A DNA stretch of 64,000 nt. Origin: the human T2T-CHM13v2.0 reference genome, Homo sapiens. A program made the position numbers and the translations under genes. This document shows, one piece after another, positions 14,225-27,503 of this stretch; position 1 is the stretch's first letter; the number at the start of each line of letters is the position of its first letter. The notes under the pieces are model-generated. The model did not search any database. It was given only the letters and a program-made list of their open reading frames with translations, and was not told the DNA's origin. The stretch lies in assembly GCF_009914755.1 (NCBI RefSeq), contig NC_060926.1. One strand, written 5' to 3'.

Positions 14225-16631
14225 AAAAGAGTGGTTTTTAATCTTTAATGGTTAGATTTTTAGAGAGCTTTTTTTGTTGTTGTGTGGTTACAAATGATGA
14301 GTTAAATGTGGATTATGATTTAATTGTTAAGCATATTATACACACACAAATACAGATGCAGATCAAAGCATCCAGATGGCAGTTCATGACCTTCTTGGGA
14401 TTTTACCAGCTGTATGATTTTATGATTATACCTTCTTTTCTTTTTTCCCTTTTCTTTCTTTTCTTAGCTACATATTGCACAATTGGTTTTATTTTGAGAA
14501 TGTTGTGATAGTCCTTAAGACAAATGAAGATAGTTTAGGGTTCTGAAAAACTAGAGTGAAGTGATTGTTGCACTGCAGTGTCATTGTTGAGAAGTATGAA
14601 AAATTAGAATTGTTTTTTGCTGCATCACAATACTTTTGATGCAGGGTTAACTTTATTTTCTAAATTCAAAATTAATATTAAGGTAATAAATTTATATGGG
14701 ATAGTAATACTTAGGCTAAAATGAAATTGCATATGGCTGACACATGTATGCATGTTCTCTTAGACAAATGACATCTCAAATTGGAAAAATTCAATAAATT
14801 TTTAGGTGTTTATTTTTAATTGTTATAGGCTATTTTTATAAACAAACAGTTTTAGATTAATGGAAACAATGAGGAAATAGTACAGAGTGTGCCTATAATA
14901 CTCTCTCACACAATTTCTCTATTATTAACATTAATGTGATATATTTGTTATAAGTAATGAACTGATATTAGTACAGTCCATGGTTTATTCAGACTTCTTA
15001 GTTTCTACTTAAACTAAGTTTTCTTAAACTAAGATTTCCTTAGTTTTACTACTTTTTCTGTTTCAGAATCACATCCAGGATACCACATTACATTAACTTG
15101 TAATGTCTCTTTAGGTCCCTCTTGGCTGTGACAGTTTAATCTTTTTTTTTTTTTTTTTAAACAGGTCTAGATGTGATGATACTTATCTCTTTGAATTGTT
15201 ATTATTTTTTATGTGTCTGCCTTCTGCAGCTACTTGAATGGTCTTTAAAAGGCAGCTTAACTTTTTTTGAATTTGCCTTAGTACCTAGCATAGTGCCTGT
15301 AATGCAGTAGTAAGTCCTTAGTAGATGGTTGTTACATGAATGAATGTTTGCCCGACTTTAAGAATTCAGGCCATGGCAATATCATTAGGTCAGTTGGTTT
15401 TATGTACATGAAAGAACAGTCCCTGAAATGCTTTGGTCAAACATGTTGTCTTGATACTGGTAGAAGAGATTCATAGACTGATTTTAGATATGAAAGTTTT
15501 GGGTCTTTTTAAAAATAATGGAATTTAAATTTTGAATGGGAAATACATATACATAGACATAATTCACAGTGCACGTTCAAAAGTAAGTCTTCTTAAATTG
15601 CTGCCATCCTGTAGTCACTTCCCTAGAGGTAACACTTGACACCTCTAGACTTCTACAGTTGTATGTGCCATTCTCCAGATATTCTAAGTGCATTATTTTT
15701 TTCCCTTCTATTTTACATAAATGGTAGCTTTCTGTGTACCCTTGCTTTTCACTAACAATGTTTATAGTAATTGGTTTTTATTTGTATATATAGAGCCGCT
15801 TTATTATTTTTAAAAACCACATTGTATTCCATTAAATACCATTAATTATTTAACCAGTACCCAGTTACTGAGTATTCAGGTTGATTCTAGTCATTTGCTA
15901 TTACCCCTCCCTCCGCTCAAAAGTAGCAGTAACTATTCTTGTACGTGTTCATTAAACACATGAGAAAACCAAAAGTGGAATTAGAGGTCAAAGGGTATGT
16001 ACATTCTTAATTTTAATAGACATTGCCAAATTGCTGTTTGTAGAGGTTACAAATCTACATAGAGGTTAACCAGTAACTGTTAACTGATCTATATTCCTAT
16101 GAACAATGTATTAAAGTGCCTTTGTCCTTACACCCGCACCAAAACAATGTGTTAAGATAATAATAGCTAACATTTGTGAATGCTTACTGTGTGCCAAGCT
16201 GTTTCTTTGTTTTAATGCTCTTTACATGTAACAATTAATTTACTCATCAAAACAATCTCATGAGGGAAAATAGTGTAAGATTCCCTTTTTTTGGAGGCAG
16301 AAACTGAAGCATACAAAGTTAAGTAACATATGTCAAACTTTTTGCTATTTACTACTCTGATAACTGAAAAATAATATATGATTTTATTTGTTTAGTTTTT
16401 CATGTTTAGGGGCCATTTGTATTTAAGTAGCAATTGGTGGAGCCACCTCCACCTTCTGCAGTAATTCCCCCTCTGTGGTCCATGCAGTGTTCAGCCTGGG
16501 GTGACTGCCTGGATTCCTTGTCCTTTAAGGATAGTCCAGAACAGAAAGCAAATAACATTTATTATGCCTCTATTTTAATATTTTAAACAGACATTAGAAT
16601 ATGTTTATGAGTTTCCCCCCTTTCGTTTTAG

Positions 16632-19600
16632 TTCAACACAAGATGAGACACATGTGAATACTGGGTCATCGTCTGAAGTGGTGCATTTGGATGATGCTTT
16701 TTCTGAAGAAGAGGAAGAGGATGAGGATAAGGTTGAGGATGAGGATGCTACCGAAGAGAGACCATCCGAGGTTTCAGAACCTATTGAAGAGTTACATTCC
16801 AGACCTCATAAATCTCAGGAAGGCACGCAGGAGGTTTCAGTTCGACCATCAGTTATTCAAAAACTGGAGAAGGGACAGCAGCAGCCCTTGGAGTTTGTTC
16901 ATAAAATTGGGGCCAGTGTGAGAAAATGTAACCTAGTAGATATTGGTCAGGCTACAAATAATAGAAGCAACTTGGTACGCCCCCCAGTGATTTGTAATGC
17001 TCCTGCTAGTTGTTTACCTGAAAGCTCTAACGATAGACCAGTTACAGCTAATACAACTAGTTTACCACCAGCAGCTCATTTGGATTCAGTTAGCAAATGT
17101 GACCCAAACAAAGTTGAGAAATATCTTGAACAGCCAGATGGGGCCTCTAGAAATCCTGTGCCATCATCCCATGTAGAAACTACTTCATTTTCGTATCAGA
17201 AACATAAAGAATCAAATAGGAAATCTTTACGCATGAATTCAGATAAGTTGGTTTTGTGGAAAGATGTAAAATCTCAGGGTAAAACTTTATCAGCTGGCTT
17301 GAAATTCCATGAACGCATGGGTACTAAGGGCTCCTTAAGAGTTAAATCTCCTTCCAAATTAGCAGTAAACCCGAATAAAACTGACATGCCTTCTAATAAA
17401 GGAATCTTTGAAGATACTATTGCAAAGAACCATGAGGAATTCTTTTCTAACATGGATTGTACCCAAGAAGAAAAGCATTTGGTTTTTAACAAGACAGCCT
17501 TTTGGGAACAGAAGTGCTCAGTGAGTTCTGAAATGAAGTTTGATTGTATCTCTCTTCAGTCAGCATCTGATCAGCCCCAAGAGACTGCACAAGACTTAAG
17601 TCTTTGGAAGGAGGAGCAAATTGACCAAGAAGATAACTATGAGTCTAGAGGTTCAGAAATGAGTTTTGATTGCAGTTCCTCTTTTCATTCACTGACTGAC
17701 CAATCTAAAGTGAGTGCCAAAGAAGTAAACCTTTCCAAGGAAGTACGTACTGATGTACAGTATAAGAATAATAAATCTTATGTTTCTAAAATAAGTTCTG
17801 ATTGTGATGACATTCTTCACTTGGTTACCAACCAATCCCAAATGATTGTTAAAGAAATAAGTCTTCAGAATGCAAGGCATATTAGCCTGGTTGACCAAAG
17901 CTATGAATCTAGTAGTTCTGAAACGAATTTTGATTGTGATGCTTCACCTCAGTCCACTAGTGACTACCCCCAACAATCTGTAACAGAAGTAAACCTTCCT
18001 AAGGAAGTGCACATTGGTTTGGTTGATAAGAACTATGGTTCCAGTAGCTCTGAAGTAAGTGCTGATTCTGTTTTCCCACTGCAGTCAGTGGTTGACAGAC
18101 CCCCAGTGGCTGTCACAGAAACAAAACTTCGGAAGAAGGCTCATACCAGCTTGGTTGATAACTATGGATCGAGTTGTTCTGAAACAAGTTTTGATTGTGA
18201 TGTTTCTCTTGAGTCAGTAGTTGATCATCCCCAACTGACTGTCAAAGGAAGAAACCTGAAAGGTAGACAAGTCCACCTAAAACATAAGAAGCGTAAACCC
18301 AGTAGTGCTAAAGCACATCTTGATTGTGATGTCTCACTTGGGACAGTTGCAGATGAATCCCAGAGGGCTGTTGAAAAGATAAATCTTCTGAAGGAGAAGA
18401 ATGCTGACCTTATGGATATGAACTGTGAATCCCATGGTCCTGAAATGGGTTTTCAGGCTGATGCTCAATTAGCTGACCAGTCTCAAGTAGCCGAAATAGA
18501 GCGTCAGAAAGTGGATGTTGACCTTGAGAATAAGAGTGTTCAGTCTAGCCGTTCTTCTCTGAGTTCTGATTCTCCGGCTTCTCTTTATCATTCAGCTCAT
18601 GATGAGCCTCAAGAAGCTTTGGATGAAGTAAATCTTAAAGAGTTAAATATTGACATGGAAGTTAGGAGCTATGATTGCTCCAGCTCTGAGTTGACTTTTG
18701 ATTCTGACCCGCCTCTTCTGTCAGTTACTGAGCAGTCTCATCTGGATGCTGAAGGAAAAGAACGGCACATTGACCTGGAAGATGAGAGCTGTGAGTCAGA
18801 TAGTTCTGAAATAACTTTTGATTCTGATATTCCTCTTTATTCAGTAATTGACCAACCTGAAGTAGCTGTTTATGAGGAAGAAACTGTTGATCTGGAAAGT
18901 AAAAGTAATGAATCTTGTGTCTCTGAAATAACTTTTGATTCTGATATTCCTCTTCATTCAGGAAATGATCACCCTGAAGTAGCTGTTAAAGAAGTAATTC
19001 AGAAAGAAGAGTACATTCACTTAGAAAGGAAGAATGATGAACCCAGTGGTTCTGAAATAAGTTCGGATTCCCATGCCCCTCTTCATTCAGTGACTAATTC
19101 TCCCGAAGTAGCTGTTAAAAAGCTAAATCCTCAAAAAGAAGAGCAGGTACACTTAGAAAATAAGGAAAATGAACCTATTGATTCTGAAGTAAGTTTGGAT
19201 TATAATATCATTTTTCATTCAGTGACTGGACGTTCTGAAGATCCCATTAAAGAAATAAGCCTTCACACAAAAGAGCACATGTACTTAGAAAATAAGAGTG
19301 TTTTTGAAACAAGTTTGGATTCTGATGTCCCTCTTCAGGCAGCGACTCACAAACCTGAAGTAATTGTCAAAGAAACATGGCTTCAAAGAGAAAAGCACGC
19401 TGAATTCCAAGGTAGAAGTACTGAATTCAGTGGTTCAAAAACAAGTTTAGATTCTGGTGTCCCTCATTATTCAGTAACTGAACCTCAAGTAGCTGTTAAC
19501 AAAATAAACAGAAAGAAGCAATATGTTCTAGAAAACAAGAATGATAAATGTAGTGGTTCTGAAATAATTTTGGATTCTAATGTTCCACCTCAGTCAATGA

Positions 19601-22600
19601 CTGACCAACCTCAACTAGCTTTTTTGAAGGAAAAACATGTTAATCTGAAGGACAAAAACAGTAAATCAGGTGATTCTAAAATAACTTTTGATTCTGAACA
19701 ACTTCAGGAAGCGGTTAAAAAAATAGACCAATGGAAGGAAGAGGTTATTGGCCTGAAAAATAAGATTAATGAACCTAGTACTTATAAATTAATACATCAT
19801 CCTGATGTTTCTGTCCAATCTGTGGCTGATCAACCCAAAGTAGCTATTAAACATGTGAACCTTGGGAATGAAAACCATATGTACTTGGAAGTTAAGAACA
19901 GCCAATATAGTTGTTCAGAAATGAATTTGGATTCTGGTTTCTTGGGTCAGTCAATAGTCAATCGACCTCAAATAACTATTTTGGAGCAGGAGCACATTGA
20001 ACTAGAAGGTAAGCACAATCAATGTTGTGGTTCTGAAGTAAGTTTTGATTCTGATGACCCTCTTCAGTCAGTGGCTGACCGGCTGAGAGAAACCGTTAAA
20101 GAAATAAGCCTTTGGAAGGATGAAGAAGTTGACACGGAAGATAGGAGAAATGAAGCTAAGGGTTTTGAAATTATGTATGATTCTGATGTTCTTCAGCCAG
20201 TGGCTGGCCAACCTGAAGAAGTAGTTAAGGAGGTCAGTCTTTGGAAAGAGCATGTTGACTTGGAAAATAAGATTGTCAAACCTACAGATTCCAGAATAAA
20301 TTTTGATTCTCATGAACCCCTTCAGTCCGTAACTAATAAAATTCCAGGGGCGAATAAAGAAATAAATCTTTTGAGGGAGGAACATGTTTGTCTGGATGAT
20401 AAGGGCTATGTGCCCAGTGATTCTGAAATAATTTATGTTTCAAATATCCCTCTTCAGTCAGTGATAAAACAACCACACATTTTGGAAGAGGAGCATGCCA
20501 GTCTGGAAGATAAGAGCAGTAATTCTTATAGTCCTGAAGAAAGTTCTGATTCCAATGACTCTTTTCAGGCAGCAGCAGATGAGCTTCAAAAACCTGTCAA
20601 AGAAATAAATCTTTGGAAGGAAGACCATATTTACCTGGAAGATAAGAGCTATAAATTAGGTGATTTTGATGTAAGTTATGCTTCTCATATTCCTGTTCAG
20701 TTTGTGACTGATCAATCTTCTGTACCTGTCAAAGAAATAAACTTGCAAAAGAAGGATCATAATGATCTAGAAAATAAGAACTGTGAAGTCTGTGGTTCTG
20801 AAATAAAATGTCATTCTTGTGTTCATCTTCAGTCAGAAGTTGACCAACCTCAAGTGTCTTACAAAGAGGCAGACCTTCAGAAGGAAGAGCATGTTGTCAT
20901 GGAAGAAAAGACCGATCAACCTAGTGATTCAGAAATGATGTATGATTCTGATGTTCCTTTTCAAATAGTAGTTAACCAATTTCCAGGATCAGTCAAAGAA
21001 ACCCACCTTCCAAAGGTGGTACTTGTGGATCTGGTGCCCGGTGATAGTGATTATGAAGTAATTTCAGATGATATTCCCCTTCAGTTAGTGACTGACCCAC
21101 CTCAGTTGACTGTCAAAGATATCAGCTGTATAAATACAGAATGTATTGATATAGAAGATAAGAGCTGTGACTTTTTTGGTTCTGAAGTCAGATGTAATTG
21201 TAAAGCCTCTACTCCCTCAATGACAAACCAATGCAAAGAGACTTTCAAAATAATAAACCGGAAGAAGGACTATATTATTCTGGGAGAGCCAAGTTGTCAA
21301 TCTTGTGGTTCTGAAATGAATTTTAATGTTGATGCCTCTGATCAGTCCATGACTTACGAGTCACAAGGACCTGATGAGAAAATGGTGAAATATATTGATT
21401 CAGAAGATAAGAGCTGTGGATATAATGGTTCTAAAGGAAAATTTAATTTGGAAGACACTTCTCATCGAACGACTCACCGACTGCAGAAAGCTCACAAAGA
21501 AGCCAGTCTTCGGAAGGATCCAAGAAATGCTGGCCTAAAAGGTAAGAGCTGTCAGTCTAGTGCTTCTGCAGTGGATTTTGGTGCCTCTTCCAAGTCAGCG
21601 CTCCATCGAAGGGCTGATAAAAAAAAACGTTCGAAGCTAAAACATAGAGATCTAGAAGTGAGCTGTGAACCGGATGGTTTTGAGATGAATTTTCAGTGTG
21701 CTCCCCCTCTTCCATCTGATACTGATCAGCCTCAAGAAACTGTTAAGAAAAGACACCCTTGTAAGAAGGTATCTTCTGACTTGAAAGAAAAGAACCATGA
21801 TTCCCAGTCAAGCTCTGTTCTCAAGGTTGATTCTGTAAGGAACCTGAAAAAAGCAAAGGATGTCATAGAGGATAATCCTGATGAACCAGTTCTTGAAGCC
21901 TTGCCTCATGTACCTCCTTCATTTGTGGGGAAAACATGGTCTCAGATAATGAGAGAAGATGACATAAAAATTAATGCTCTGGTGAAGGAGTTTAGGGAAG
22001 GTCGTTTCCACTGTTACTTTGATGATGACTGTGAGACCAAAAAAGTTTCTTCGAAGGGGAAAAAAAAGGTTACCTGGGCTGACTTGCAAGGTAAGGAGGA
22101 CACTGCACCAACTCAAGCTGTGTCAGAGAGTGATGATATTGTCTGTGGTATTTCAGATATTGATGACTTGTCAGTGGCCTTAGATAAACCATGCCATCGT
22201 CATCCTCCAGCAGAGAGGCCTCCTAAGCAAAAGGGGCGTGTGGCTTCTCAATGCCAGACAGCGAAAATCAGCCATAGTACTCAGACCAGTTGTAAGAATT
22301 ACCCAGTGATGAAAAGAAAAATAATTAGACAAGAGGAAGACCCACCAAAAAGTAAGTGTTCACGTTTACAGGATGACAGAAAAACCAAAAAGAAAGTCAA
22401 AATTGGGACAGTTGAATTTCCTGCATCATGTACTAAAGTTTTGAAGCCTATGCAACCCAAAGCCTTAGTCTGTGTTCTTTCTTCTTTAAATATTAAACTG
22501 AAAGAGGGTGAAGGCCTTCCTTTCCCTAAAATGAGGCACCATAGTTGGGATAATGATATTCGGTTTATATGCAAATATAAACGGAATATCTTTGATTATT

Positions 22601-23508
22601 ATGAGCCCTTGATTAAGCAAATTGTAATTAGTCCTCCCCTGAGTGTAATAGTACCAGAGTTTGAGAGGCGTAACTGGGTTAAAATTCATTTTAATAGGAG
22701 CAACCAAAACTCCAGTGCAGGAGATAATGATGCTGATGGACAAGGCTCTGCTTCAGCGCCTTTAATGGCAGTGCCGGCAAGATATGGATTTAATTCACAT
22801 CAGGGAACCAGTGACTCTTCTCTGTTTCTGGAAGAATCAAAGGTTCTGCATGCTCGTGAGCTTCCAAAGAAAAGAAATTTCCAGCTAACATTTTTAAATC
22901 ATGATGTTGTCAAAATCTCTCCAAAATCAGTTAGAAATAAGCTTTTGGAAAGTCAAAGTAAAAAGAAAATTCATGGAAAGAGGGTGACAACTAGTAGTAA
23001 TAAGCTAGGTTTTCCCAAAAAGGTTTATAAACCAATTATTCTCCAGCAAAAACCCAGAAAAGCTTCAGAGAAACAGTCAATTTGGATTCGGACCAAACCA
23101 AGTGATATCATTAGAAAGTATATTTCGAAATACTCTGTCTTTTTACGTCATAGATATCAGTCCAGGAGCGCTTTTCTTGGAAGGTATCTGAAGAAGAAAA
23201 AATCTGTTGTCAGTAGGCTAAAGAAGGCGAAGAGAACAGCTAAAGTGCTTTTGAACTCTTCAGTTCCACCAGCTGGTGCCGAAGAGCTGTCAAGCGCTAT
23301 GGCAAATCCTCCTCCAAAGCGACCTGTGCGGGCTTCTTGCCGCGTTGCAAGAAGGAGGAAGAAGACTGATGAAAGCTACCATGGCCGACAGAAAGGTCCT
23401 TCTACACCTGTGAGAGCATATGATCTGAGAAGCTCATCTTGTTTACAACAACGTGAGAGAATGATGACTCGGCTAGCAAACAAACTGAGAGGTAATGAGG
23501 TAAAATAG
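16632..23508 (+). CDS. ZDBF2: ZDBF2 coding part of the giant terminal exon (DBF4-type zinc finger-containing protein 2)
   Basis: Acceptor tttcccccctttcgttttag| at 16631. The frame (S)[17 protein letters not shown]...[12 protein letters not shown] is open for 6.9 kb. The track's start at 16654 is an internal GTG (Val), not an initiator. Protein recognised as human ZDBF2; the N-terminal exons lie upstream of the window. Confidence 0.95.
17524..21810 (+). repeat. Coding tandem repeat array: about 34 degenerate units of 36-45 aa (modal 44 aa / 132 nt)
   Basis: Recurring consensus SE[IV]xFDSDxPLQSVxDQPxxxVKE[IV]xLxKEEHxxLExKxxExxx. Also visible in DNA, e.g. tctgaaataacttttgattctgatattcctctt at ~18805 and ~18922. 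Confidence 0.85.
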
Positions 23509-24284
23509 AAGTTGGTTTTGTGTTCAGGCTAGTTGAGGATTCAGTACTTCAGTTGAAATATATTTGGTACTTTGTGCACACAGCTTTCCCAGCTTTGGTG
23601 AGAAAACTAATCTTGAACTATTTTGCTATAAATATTATTTTTCAGAATTTTTATATTCATTTAAAATTAGTGTTTAGAGTCCTTTCATTTTAAGATTCAG
23701 AAACAGCCTTTGTCCAACATTTTCTGTAGAAGAACTTCATCTTAATTTATGTCACAAAATAATTTAGCACCGTATATAGAATTTTGTTCCTCAAATCATA
23801 TCCCTCTTATTTTTTATGATTATCTCTCTCATGCCAGCAAATTTAACATTGTGAGAATGAATATAGCAAACTTATTAAAAAGAAGGAATTATAATGAATT
23901 ATGTCAACTTTTGAATGGGGTTGACTTAAATGAATACAAACAAAATATAAGTTTTCTTTCTTTTTAAAGCATTCCAGAAAATGAGATTCCATAATCTTTA
24001 ATACAGTTTTTAAAAACTGGTGATTTTTTTTATGCATAGCACAAACTCCTCCTGCTTCATTTAAATTGGATCTGCAAGTCTCTAACTTTTATCATTTGGA
24101 CACATGCACACATACAGTCTCTAGGTTTTTTGGGTTAGCCTTATTAGATCTTAAAGGGGAAAATAATTTTGCCCATGTGTTTAGGCATTCCCCCCCTTTT
24201 TTTTAACCACCTTTACTCTCTTCTACATGAAGAGTTGGTGGCTTAATATGAAAATCCAGGTTATTTTGTGGCCTTATCCCCTAA

Positions 24285-24628
<344 letters not shown>

Positions 24629-26328
24629 TACCATATCAGTTTTTAATAACTTGAACTGAAATTATTGGCTTGGTAATATTTGGGCAGGCCATTAATTCTC
24701 ATTAGAAAATTACTTAATATTTCAAAAAATTGAATAAAACTGGTAATCTTTGTGGAGGCCCATTTTGCAAGTGGAAACCTGTATTTATACATTAGTTTGT
24801 CTTTAACTATTTGTTAACAGATTTTAACAGTTCAAATGAAAGATGTTAACGAGATGCAGTTTGAGTCTGGGATACTCAGAATAGATCCAGAACCTTTATT
24901 CAGGGACACTGGTTGAGTTGGTACAGATGCATTCAGTTGTCATTCATTCGTGTTAAGCCAAGATCCTGGATCTTCTATCATTAATGTTAAGAGGAAACAT
25001 GAATTACAACTATATTGTATGACTGCCATATTTTATTGAAACTAAGGTCAATGTTGAACCATATCTTGATTTCAGAATTTAAAATGTGTTACCTTAGAAA
25101 TAATGAAATATAGTGTAACAGTTGGTTTCTAAATGTGGTTTTATTTCAGGGGCCATTATTTAACCTGTGTGTATGCTATGATGGAGTTCTTTTGTGATTT
25201 CTTTACTTCTAAATTTAAATAGTAATTATGTTTAAAAACAAATGTTTTTGTCTTTAGTTGCAAAGCAGCATATATCTCATTTCCTTCAACCTTGCCTCCT
25301 CATACACAAATATATTTTCATTTCTTAAAAGATCACTGGGCCAGTAGTTCAAAATAATCCTCCAATTTTAATTTAGGAACAAAGCTTTGTCCTACTGACT
25401 AGGAAGTAAACAAACAGCTGATATATAAGATATTTGTGGGTATTGGTGTCTTTTTTCCCTATGGAATAGACACATAGTTCCCTTAAATATTATTAATAGA
25501 CATTCTACAGTCTTTCAGTGTAAGTTTAAAAGCAAGAGATCAAATGAAAATGTGTACTATGTACCTATGATGTGTCATATCGTGATTACATCATGCAGAG
25601 AGAACAGTTCCTGTAATTCAAGTAATTAAAATTTCAAGTTGTAAAAATGTTACCATTTTCACATTGGAAGCCCTTCTAAGTACCATTTTCATTGGGGGCA
25701 GGGAGAAGGTTTATATTTAAATTTTATATTACCAGACATAAAAGTACAGTGCAGTACTGATGATTTTGTTTAAAGTTTTTGAAATGTTTTGTTTACTAAG
25801 TTCTTGTAATCATTATTTTAGACAAGCTTGAAAACTTGAAATTGTTGAAACTTATAATTTAAATTAAATTGGAAATTACTTTCAGAATTTGGTAGTATAC
25901 AAGATGTGCCCCTTTGTCTAAATAAATGTTGGCTTAATTTGCAGAATAGATAAAACAATTGATGTTTTTGTGTGTTCAAGAATGCATTAAATTCTTTTAA
26001 TAGTAAAAAGTCAAATTACGACCATAATGAGTATTTTAATCTTGTTCTTGTTCAGTATTTTGCGTAGATTTTTATTGTAATTGTCCTGAGTTCTACAGTA
26101 TGTGAACAATATCGTGTGAAGTGTGTTTTTGCATTTGTGCATTTAAATTATTTATGTAACTAGGGCTGTGAGTAACACTTTTTTTTTTTTTTTTTGGTTA
26201 AAGAAAAGCTATATTTAAATATTCAAATAATTATATATTTCCATGTAAAACTAATGTGAAGACTAATGTATTTTTTATATTGCAGTGTAAAAGCTAAACT
26301 TGTTTTTGATGTTATCAAGATAAAATTT

Positions 26329-26334
26329 ATTAAA
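26329..26334 (+). terminator. Probable ZDBF2 polyadenylation signal (ATTAAA)
   Basis: ATTAAA followed by tttgtctgttctctcttcatgtt, with several TGTA motifs upstream (26245-26290). Confidence 0.6.
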
Positions 26335-26814
26335 CCTTGAAATTTGTCTGTTCTCTCTTCATGTTAGAAACTTTTTCTGGGAATACTTGAAGAATAAGAG
26401 AATAATGGCCTGAGAGATAATAAATGAGAGAATGTAAATGTTGATGCCAGTGAGAAAGTAGTTTAACCAAAGATATACAGATTATATTCGATGCAGTAGT
26501 TATTTCAAAGGATTAAAATTAAACCATTTATTTGTCTGGTGGAGTGGTGGATTAGCAGCTTTTCACTTTGTGTACCTGTATTGAAAGGGCCCGTGAACAA
26601 GACTGAGTTCATGAGGCTGTATCTATATCACTGTTTGACACCTACTGGGGAGGGAGAACTTGGGAGCCTCCACTACCACAGCAAGTATTATAAAATACAA
26701 GAAAACATGAGAAAGTGTATGTGTGTCAGTGAGGTAGGTGCCTTTGGCACCAGTAGTACTGACTTCCAGAGTTTGTTGGCCTAGATGTTATTGCCAGGAT
26801 AAACAACATCCTAA

Positions 26815-27503
<689 letters not shown>

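Noticed and set aside
16654-16656. ORF-track start of the 2284-aa ORF as a translation start (intronless gene)
   Set aside because: The codon is GTG (Val), 22 nt inside an exon with a strong acceptor at 16631; the frame continues from the exon at 9161-9288.
17274-22743. Short minus-strand and alternate-frame ORFs overlapping the ZDBF2 exon
   Set aside because: All are 105 aa or shorter, lack motifs, and are expected as shadows of a long CDS.
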